Part shown: in pieces, positions 53,767 to 64,000 of the stretch
How the letters are laid out: each line of letters begins with the position of its first letter
How positions within the stretch are numbered: position 1 is the first letter of the stretch
Assembly: GCF_006345805.1 (NCBI RefSeq)
Contig: NC_043003.1
Span: forward strand, 12,400,001 to 12,464,000
Direction of reading: 5' to 3'
From: Octopus sinensis
Lineage: Eukaryota
DNA length: 64,000 nt
Program-made: the position numbers and the translations under genes
Notes under the pieces: generated by a model
Told to the model about the DNA's origin: nothing
Database searches by the model: none
The model's input: only the letters and a program-made list of their open reading frames with translations

Positions 53767-54464
53767 GTTAATATTAAGAGGGAAAAAACAATGTGGATTT
53801 TAGTTATTTTGTATTTCTCTGCATACCATACATTGTAAAACAACAAAACCGAATTTATTTAATAAGAAATATCTCCTCTGTATCTTCAGTATTCAGGTGC
53901 AGAAATATAGATTATTAAATTAATCTTACATACTTTACATTATGTCTACAGAAATAACCAGCTGTTGTTTAGTGTGATAATATTGATTTTGCTTTATTAA
54001 TTTAATAGTTTAATGTTTATCAGGATTTGATTCAAACAAAACAAAAAAAATAAGAGAAAAAGAGAAAGAAAGAAAATCTGTGAAAGCAAACAAATTAGCA
54101 TGGAAGATTTAAGAACTGGAGGCTATGACAATACAAATATTTAGAAAGGTTTATTTTATACATTATATGGTTTGGTGTAAAGGATTTAAATGGCTGTCAA
54201 ATTACATTGCTTGGAAGCAGGTGAGGGTTGGCAACTGAAATGGCATTTGGGCTGTAGAAGATCTGCTTCAATAAGCTCCATTCAACCCAAGCAAGCATGT
54301 AAATGTCGATACTAAAACAATGATGATGATGAACTTGTGTTGTAATCCCACAATTTTCGCTACAGATTCTATCATTAAATTTAGAGCAGGAATCCTTTCT
54401 TCTCCTGACTCCCTTGTAAATTTGTGATGTTTTTCACCCTTCATTTGGCCATTTCTTCCTTTCT

Positions 54465-54522
<58 letters not shown>

Positions 54523-54795
54523 GCCTGTCTGTCTTTCTTTCTCCCCTTCTTTCTCGATCAATTGATTGATTATTAATCTTATTTTAGAAAGTTGATATTG
54601 GTTAGCAATATTTTAAATGAAATCAGTAATAATTTCCTTGTTACTGAAATATTTCATAGCCTAGCATAACAATGTTATACAGATGAAATTATCTCTGTGC
54701 ATGAAGGTGTGTAACGAGTAACAAGAATATAACTAAATTCAGAATCAAGCTGTTTACTACATAGTCTTCTTTTTCCTGGTAGGTTGGAGCCTTTA

Positions 54796-55031
54796 GAAGG
54801 TGGCGGCAAGCTGGCAGAAACGTTAGCACATCGGGCGAAATGCTTGGCGGTATTTTGTCTGCGGCTACGTTCTGAGTTCAAATTCCGCCGAGGTCGACTT
54901 TGCCTTTCATCCTTTCGGAGTCGATTAAATAAGTACCAGTTATGCACTGGGGTCGATGTAATCGACTTAAACCGTTTGTTTGTCCTTGTTTGTCCCCTCT
55001 GTGTTTAGCCCCTTGTGGGCAGTAAAGAAAT
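54796..55031 (+). mobile_element. SINE family A monomer
   Basis: TSD aggttggagccttta at 54781-54795 and 55032-55046. Confidence 0.88.
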
Positions 55032-56302
55032 AGGTTGGAGCCTTTAACTCATCATGAAAATATATCTTCATTGTGTCTTTTCTATAAGTATTTCCATAGT
55101 AATTGCTTGCATAGATGAACTTTTGGGTCGAGTACTCTATCAAGACCTTTAAACATGTCATCCACTTCTCTTCCCTGGGGCATCGTTTCTCTGTTGAGCT
55201 TCCAGTTAGTGATAAGTCTTTTTATTCTAATAGCTTCTTTTCTCAAATTGCTACTCTCTGAAACTCACTACCATCATCTTGTTTTTCCTCTGGTCTGTGA
55301 ATTTGTATGCTCCTTCTTTTCTTTCTTTGCAGTCCCTTACACTACTGTTACTTCAAGCCTTGTTTGGGACTAAATCATTAACAAAAAAAAAAAAAAAAAT
55401 TGTACTACAAAAATTTATTCTCTTTCTCCTTACTGCTACTTTCTATATCAAGAAAATTTCTACTTGACCAAACTTTCCTATAATTCATTATTACATTATA
55501 TATATATATATATATATATATACCACACACACGCACGCACGCACACACACACACACACAAAATTTTTAGTTCTATTGTCGTTCAGTATATTTTTCAGCTC
55601 TTCATAACTTTTCAAACTTTCATTTCAGTTTCCATATATAGATAACTCAAATATTTGACTCCAACACTCCCTGATTTAAATTTACGACTATTTATCCTCA
55701 GATCTCTAAAAGCTAAAATCTATTTCCATTCATTATTTTTTATTTGGTGTTGAGTTTTTCACATCTGTTAAACTTGGATCATGAAAGAAAAGCAATATTT
55801 GTATGAAATAAATGTTTATCTTCTATAAAACTGCGCACAAACAGAAAGAGATATCCAGCTACTTGAAGGAAGAAATAAGGTTGTTGACCTTAATATATAG
55901 TTTGACCAAATTTGCTTTTTGATAAGTTATATAAATTTTTAGTTTATCTTCTTTTATAACAGTGTCCACAATGTTCTGTAAATTTACTCTTAGCTTTGAT
56001 ATCCGTGTTTGGTGTTTTTACTGCAGTTATCTTTAAGATAAATATGTAGTTCTTAAAAGATTTTGATTTATTTCCTCTTTTCATTAATCCTCTAGCATTC
56101 AGCTTACTTAAATGTTATGTTTATTTATTCACATTGTTTTGTATTAATCCTGCATTACCTTGTAGCTATGAGATTTCAATCATATGCTTGTTTATTTTTT
56201 TAGAATGACATTGTAGGGCAGGTGTGAGAGGCCAGATTGGCCAGTTTGAACATAAAACAGGTAGAATATTTGGGGGCTGGATATGGTCAGTTTAAATGTG
56301 CT

Positions 56303-56920
56303 CTCTCTCTCTCTCGTGTCATGGCATATTCATGCCGTTGATGAATCTTGACTTGTTCCTCCTCCATTTATTTCTGTCTCTCGCAACATCACCCTGGTCT
56401 TTCTTGCTCTGCATGTTCATTCTCTTCTTCATCCAGTCAAACATCTTCATTTTCTGCCTTCCTCTCGCTCTCCTTCCCACCAGCTCAGTCTCCATGTAAT
56501 GCTCCATTCTGTCACCAACAAATTTCCACTGTCTCTCTCTGATAGTATCCATCAACTGTCTCCTCACTTCCATATTCGTCACCCTCTGTACCCATGAGAT
56601 TCTAAGCATTTTTCTATAAAACCACATTTCTGCATCTTTGAGTCTCTTCTCCAAGACTTTGCTTATTGTCCAAGACTCACATCCATACGTTAGCACCGAC
56701 CAGATGTAGCACTTCAACAGTCTTTTCTTGACTTCCATTCCGATTCTCTTTGCACAAAAAAATGCTCCTTATATCCATGAAAGTCTTCTTTGCTAATCCA
56801 ATTCTGCACTTGCTATCCTCATCTAACCTGCCATCTGATGTTATCCAACTTCCTAGATATATGAAACTGTCCTTCTGCTTTATCCCAGTTCCATTCACCA
56901 TCAAGCGACATATGGGTACC
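56303..56920 (-). mobile_element. RTE (BovB-like) LINE 3' fragment with (AG)n tail, inserted in a piggyBac-type MITE
   Basis: Frameshifted ORFs 56677-56904 and 56319-56738 give FIYLGSWIT, RIGLAK, LLKCYIWSVLTYGCESWT, GRRARGRQK and RDRNKWR. Short TSD tgtgct at 56297-56302 and 56921-56926. Confidence 0.88.
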
Positions 56921-59900
56921 TGTGCTAAAAGTTTTAATTAACCATAGAATTTGTTTTCTAACATATCTTTTCTAGCACAGAATCTCAACAGTTGTCAAGA
57001 CCCTTTTGCTATTTTATTTATGATCCAAAAATTCAGTAGAAGCCAACTTAATTCCTATGTTAAAAAATGTTGTATGGAAATCATTACCATTCTGTTGTTG
57101 TTATTGCACATTTTTACTTGTCTAATGGTTATGGTGTTGCAACTTATGATCGCAAGATTATGGTTTTGATACCTGGGCCAGGTGATGTATTGTGCCGTTG
57201 AGCAGAATACATCATTTCACATTGCTCCAGTTCACTCAGCTGTAAATGAATACGTCTAAGGATTGGTGATGTTGATGATGAATCTATTTCACTTATCTTA
57301 TCACATCTCTTTGGAAACAGACAGGTTCCAAATATGAAGTGCATATTTAGTCCTTAAATTATTTGGGTTTTTTCCTCCATTTCTTTTATCATTTGCAACT
57401 TCATAGAAAAATGTGTAGTCCTCTGATACTTGATACTCTAATAGGATTCATTTATTCAGAAACTTAAATTTTGTAGTTACATTAACATACATGAATTTAC
57501 AAATGGTTCCAAAAAGGTTATTTATTAGGAAACTAGGGAGCATGGATAGGATGACATGAAATGGCTGGTCTCAGCTTTGATTAATGTCATAAAATATCAG
57601 TACTTTTTACACAATTAATTCCAGTGGTATTTTTTCCTTCTCTTTTATATCAGCATTATAAAACAAATGTGAGACTAAACTAAATGACAACAGATTTATG
57701 CAAGACATTTTGCAAATGTTATTCCTCAAATCTTAAACACTTTATTCAACTAACAGCCTCCTGGTACTAGCAAATTCAGTTGGACCTACTTTTGAATATT
57801 TATTTCTATTTTCTACTGGCCACTTTGCAGCCAGTATATATCAAATATTTACTGATAACATTTCCAATAAATAATCCTTTAACAGGAGCGTAATGTAGTA
57901 TGTAGTAGATTTACAGCTCATAGATAAGAAAGGATATGATGCTTTTTTAATAGATAAGTAACTTTTTCTAGACAGCTTTCTTTCTACATGTAACCATTAG
58001 CCTTTCATTGGATATTTGATATAACACTCAATAGAATAACCTCATTATATAAGTGGAAACTAGTTAACATTATAAACAATTAAAGCAGCATTTTTTTAAA
58101 GTGGATACATTTTTGTGAGAGCTTCTTTTTGTAGATACATTTTTCAATTTAAGTTTACCTACATTTTCATTTGTAATTATTGTATTGATATTGGAAGGGG
58201 AAAGTTTGAGGGAGTAGACACAAATGATCACAGACTATATCATCTTCATCATTATTTGATGTCCATGTTCCATGATAGCATGGATTGGGTAACTGGCACA
58301 TGAAAAGCACCTTCTGAGCATTAGGCCTCACAGAGGCAAGGTGGCTGATGCTGGTGGTGTGTGAAAAGTACCTTTTAAGTGTTGGGCCTCACAGAGGCAA
58401 TGACAAATGACTGAAACCTTTGGCATTATGCCATGCTTGAGAAGAAGATCCATCAAGCCAAGTAAAATTGTAGCCATGGCAGATACTGTGTCACGCAAAT
58501 GGCACCCGTACTAGTGGCACATAAAAGCACCCATTACACTCTTGGAGTGGTTGGCATTAGAAAGGGCATCCAGCTGTAGAAACCATGCCAAATCAGTCTG
58601 GAGTCTAGTGCAGCCTTCCAGCTTCCCAGCCCTAGTCAAACCATCCAACCCATGCCAACATGGACAATGGATGTTAAAGGATGAATGTGAATAGATACCC
58701 ATTACATTTGACAGAATGAATCTGAATGCTAAAGGGTTAATCCATTATGATGATTACCCCTTCCATTTCTTTGTGATATGAGGAAACAATCAGGGACTCT
58801 CTCCTTATCATCGTCATTTTTAATGTTCACTTTTTCATGCTCGCATGCGTCAGATGGAATTTGTTGAGGCAGAAATTTCTTATACCCTGATACCTTTCCT
58901 GTTGCCAACTCACGCCTCTTTTAAAATGAGGTAATATTTTGCCATGCCGAAACGTGTTCACAGAAGGTTAGAAATCATGTACACTGCTGGTATGATGGTC
59001 ATGTGGGTATTTGTTTACAGCTATCATGCAAAGTCAAGGCAAGGAGACTGTAACACACACACACACTGTGCTGTCTTCAGTTTTCATCTACCAAATTGAC
59101 TCTCACAAGGCCTTTGGTTGGCCTGAGGTTAACCCTTTCGTTACCATATTTCTGTTTGAGATACTCTGTGTTTCTTTCAATTAATTTTAAATATAACTAA
59201 TAATTTAGTAAAATAACTTAGTTATCATTAAGCTAGTGTTAGGAACTTAAATTATGACTAAGGTTTGGAAGATTTTAATTCAGAACTTTTGAAAACAAGA
59301 CATTTGTACTACAGAGCCAGAGGCAGTTTCAAGCAGGTTGGTATCAAAAGGGTTGAAGTAGAAGTCACTTGCCCAAGGTGCCATTCAGTAGGACTGAACC
59401 GAGAATCATGTGGTTTGGAAGCAAACTTCACACCACACACCATCATGAAATAAAATTAAAGTCACATGTATTTAATTTTAAAAATGATTAAGGAAAGACA
59501 TTTAGTTGTAATACCAATAGCTGCAATGTAAAAAGGAAAGACATTTTTCATGTGGAAACAAAGCAAAATGACTGTAAAATAGTCAAAAATATATTTTAAA
59601 ATGTTTCATCATGTACTTTTCAGCTATCAACTTTATGTTTTTGTGTGTGTACGTGTAACTGATAAGATAAGAAAACAGGTTAATAATTGAAGCCCGTCTC
59701 GACTTAGTCATCACATTTGTCCAGTATTTACTTTGTTATTTTTATTATTATTTTTAAACATGATTTGGCATTTGTTTTATCAAGAAACTGTTCCATTTTT
59801 AATGAGTTATAATCATCAGGTTTGTTTTATCTTAAATATTTGAGTAGTGAAATAATGTAGCTTATGTGAAGATATTTTGTTTGAAAATGGTGGTTAATTG

Positions 59901-61382
59901 TTGTATTTCATCACAATTTATTATTCAGAAAGCTTATCAGCTGTAACCATTCTATTTGTGTTGTATATTCTTTGGTTTAGGTATATATAATTTAGAACCT
60001 CTGGCCTAAATGATGATAGAATTCTGTCTGAGACAAATTTAAGCTTTTTTAAAAATTTACTTCGCTCAATTACCACCCTGGGTTTAACAATCATTTTAAC
60101 TCTTTAGCATTTAAACTGGCTACATCTGGCCCAAATATTCTTCATGTTTTATGTTCAAACTGTCCAAATCCTGCCTCTCACACCTACCCTACAATGTTAG
60201 TCTAAAAATATACAATTGCATCAGCAAAATCTCAAGGGATTAACCAAATCACAAGACAATCTAAAATTGTAAGAATGTGAGTCTTATCAATGTGCAATGG
60301 AGCTATTACCATGAATCCACTGATTCAAAAGATGCGAAATAAATGTGTCCCAAAGGTTGACCAACATAGCTAGGAGGTTCTTGAAACCTAATCGAGTGCC
60401 TTGTTATATACAAACATGCTTGATGATTTAGCTGGCTATGTTTCAATTTATTAGGGATTTATTCCTGTTTTCATTTACTGAGTAAAGAAGACCTGGATAC
60501 TCAAGAAGATCCATCCTCTACAGCAGAAGTTTTAAGGTTGCACTCCTTGGTGAAGAAGACTGGCCCGCCAAAGGCCTGTGCTGGCACCACATAAAAAGCA
60601 TTCCTGCCAGCACCACACATGGAAGCACTTGTGCTGGTGCCATATTATAAACACCCAGTACACACTATAAAATGGTTGATGTTTAGAAAGGCACCCACTC
60701 ATAGAAGCCATGCTAAATAAGACTGGAACTTGGTGCAGCTCTCCGGCTTGAAATCATTGGTCAAACTGTCCTATCCATGCCAGCATGGAAAATGGATGTT
60801 AAAGGAGGAGGATGGTGATGATGGGTAATTCAAATCTTATCAACATAAACATGTTTTTATTTATGTTTTCCTATCTAATTAAAAAGAAAATACCAGTCAT
60901 TTAGTTATTATTTTTGTGCAATTTCAGGATTAACCTTGATAATAACTATGTTTAACATACTTACTGTTTAAAAAAATGCTCTAGTCTGTCAATACAATTC
61001 ATTTCAAAGTACTTGGTATTCTATTTAGTAGATAGAACCTAACAGATAAGTCAGATGACAGTATTGCCTGCTGTCTTGGCCATTTATCAAATTGTTGTTA
61101 TATATATTATTATATTAAATGGAACACAGAATACTGCAATAGCTAACATGAAAAAATGTCGCATATGGTTTAGTGGTGCACATAAGCACTCTTGTTTGCA
61201 TCACTAGCAGAAGAGCTCACTGCCATATAATAATAATAATAAGTATTTGGTTATTATATCAAATGTTTATTGCTTAAGATTTTCTAAACTTGTTTCTTTT
61301 ATTATATAACATAAATAGAACAAAATGTGTTAATATACAAAATAATTGTTCTTACCTATCTCTCTCTCTCTCTCTTTATATA

Positions 61383-61417
<35 letters not shown>

Positions 61418-61419
61418 AA

Positions 61420-62321
61420 GAGGGTGTGGTGAATATATTGTTATATTGTCATCTAAATTACGCAAAAATGAAAATATCACTGACATTTCATTTTAACAGA
61501 TATATTTACCAAGATTACATAAAAATATCGTGAAATACTAAAGAGTAAATTTATTCAATAAAATCACCATTGGCTTCACCCACTGCCTCTAGATGACTTC
61601 AGAATCTCCCGCAGCTCTTCTGGACAATCTCCTTGTTTAAGTTAGTGAATGCTGCCATAATCCTTGCCCTCAGTTCATCTTTGGTGTTACAAGGAGTTTT
61701 GTTGGTCTCTCTAACTCAACTATGCCTCACACATAATAATTAAGGCGGGTTGCAATCTGGGGAATTAGGTAGCCAGATGTTAGGGGTGATGTGGTCGCAG
61801 AAATTGTCTTGACAGCCAGGACTGGGTTCTCTTGCTTGTGTGGCATGGTGCAGAGTCCTGTTGCCAGACATAGAGTCTTCCAGCAGTCACCCTCTTCACT
61901 CAGGGCAGTACTACCTCCTCCAGGCACTTAATGTAGGCCTCTGTGTTGAGTGTGAGGCTATGTGGGAAGATGAATGGAGGCGTAACATCACTATCACTAG
62001 TGATCACTCCAAACACCATGATGTTCACTGGATGTTTGATTTTTATCACTCTCGGTACAAGTCCTCAGATTGCACTGTTCTCAGATTGACACCCAAACAC
62101 TCTGAAACGTTCATATTGGAGCTTCTGGTGCAAATGCCAAGCAGTACAGTATGTTGTTTCCAAATTTCTGGCAGAGTGAATTGCACTATGGTGTTGTTTT
62201 TGTCACAGTCAGTGCCCAACTGACCTTACTATACTGTGTACTTGACAAAATCAGTAACAAACAATGTTACATGCCCGAAATTAAAAGTATATAATGGCAA
62301 CAATTTACCTGTCATACCCTA
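61420..62321 (-). mobile_element. Second maT-type DD37D element copy, inverted orientation
   Basis: Reverse-complement similarity to 36596-37424 along its length, including the TIRs and the same internal deletion junction. Frameshifted. Confidence 0.88.
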
Positions 62322-62325
62322 ATAT

Positions 62326-62574
62326 CCATGATATTATTATGGGATAATATTAATAATATCACAGTCTAGCTTTTCATGGTGTTAAATTTATATGTGTGTG
62401 TGTGTATATATAGGTGATTTTTGTTGTAAGTGCTCAAGTTATTAGTTAACATTGCATCTAGTCTAATCAAATATATTGGCAATTCAGATCTTACATGTAT
62501 AATTGTTCTACAAACCATGATGTTATTATGGGATGATATTAATAATATCACAGTGTAATTTTTCATGGTGTTAA
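62326..62574 (+). repeat. Pair of 60-bp direct repeats (62326-62385 and 62515-62574)
   Basis: ccatgat(a/g)ttattatgggat(a/g)atattaataatatcacagt...tttcatggtgttaa occurs twice. Confidence 0.85.
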
Positions 62575-62888
62575 GGTTTAAGAAACAATTTATTTTTTGG
62601 ATAAGAGCTTTCCATCTATTGATTTTTAACTTGCTTCACCGACCAACAAAGTAAGCTGGACAAATAAAATTGTTTCTGGTTTCAGATCAGTCATAAAAGA
62701 ATATTTCAAGGTAATTCGGGTTAATGACCCATGTAATTGGCAAATCTCTATCTATTAGGAATTAACTTGGTAATTGTATATACATCTGTTTGCCTGTAGC
62801 CTAAACTTTAAATACTGTTACTACTGCTGTCATTGTTGCTTTTGTAAGGTAAGAAGTTGAAGCTAAATCATAGATATTCATAAGAGTG

Positions 62889-62920
<32 letters not shown>

Positions 62921-63231
62921 GGAAGCTGGTGGTAATGCTTTTTTTTTTTTTTTTTTTTTTTTGGCTGGTGTAAAATGCAATGTGAGATAGTTATAAATGC
63001 AAAAGTGATTTAGCCTGATCACTTATGATTCAGTGTGCTAACTCATGTTATTTTCAACCAATGCATAAAAGATATGTTATTTTAATGCAGTTTGGTGGTT
63101 TTATGAGAAATAAAATTGTATGAACACTACTACAGCTGAACCTCTTTTCTGCACTCTTCTCCCGGCATTTACTAACATCTTTCTCCTTATGAGTGTATTT
63201 CCTTGATAGGAAATCAAACCATTCTTCCATA

Positions 63232-63627
63232 TCTTTATATATAAAACTAAAGTTGTGTGTCTGTCTCCTACGATTTAGATTCCTAACTACACCCACATTT
63301 TGCGATGCAGTGTAACCAAAAGCGGTTATCTTAAAGTCGTGATTCATATCGAGCTCTTCTGGGTATTAGTGCGCGTCTACGATGAGTCTATGATTTAAAA
63401 GAAAATTTACCATCATTTTTTCCCATTTTTTAATGCATTTTTTTGCTATTATATAAGGGAAGTAACTCTCTAAAAATGTATTATTAAATCTCAGAACGTA
63501 AAAAGCTACAGTAACACCCCCCTTTGTGGTTAGCCATATTGAGATAGCTATTATACTTTACATCTCTAAAAATGCTTATATAGTTATTTCCCTTACAAAC
63601 CCGAGCAACGCCGGGCGATACTGCTAG
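63232..63627 (+). mobile_element. Non-autonomous Helitron
   Basis: Inserted between A and T. 5' TCTTTATATATAAAA start, subterminal hairpin cccgagcaacgccggg and 3' CTAG end. Confidence 0.88.
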
Positions 63628-64000
63628 TAATACATAAGAATATTTTAGAAGCTGGTAATATATTTATAATGTGCTACTGATATTAGTATGATGTTTTTTA
63701 TCCTTCTCAAAAGCATCAGCAACATGCAAAATCTCTATCAAACAATGAACGGTGCATAAAACATGAAATAATAATGATAAGCCATCAGTTAAGTGCATCA
63801 AGATATCAGACATTTCATGTGGCAGATGAGATGGATATAAAGTAACCGGTTGTTATATTAACACTTTACTGGTACTGTTTTGAGTGGAAAGGGTATGCCT
63901 CATCATTTTGATGCAAGGCTAGCACAGCTGTTTGTATTATATGACAGCCATGTAGGTTAGGTCTTGTGTGCATTTGTGTTACTAGTGCTGCCGGACTGGC

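Overview
AT-rich metazoan genomic DNA with heavy microsatellite and repeat content. The repeat families resemble coleoid cephalopod, probably Octopus, repeats (my inference, no database search). Nearly all ORFs in the supplied track are microsatellite or repeat artefacts, and no complete gene can be called. The window is mostly intronic or intergenic. It holds tRNA-derived SINEs (some as dimers or trimers under one target-site duplication), RTE-clade LINE fragments with (GAT)n tails, two internally deleted DD37D (maT) mariner-like elements, two TTAA piggyBac-type MITE families, a hAT MITE, a non-autonomous Helitron and several foldback elements. Two things stand out. First, a well-formed type I hammerhead ribozyme motif at 3676-3766 with a palindromic stem III and an unusually long stem II. 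Second, a + strand exon-like frame at 24146-24445 that resembles the C-terminal helical lobe of Mab-21/cGAS-like receptors but is interrupted by one in-frame TAA. A few other exon candidates are listed at low confidence.
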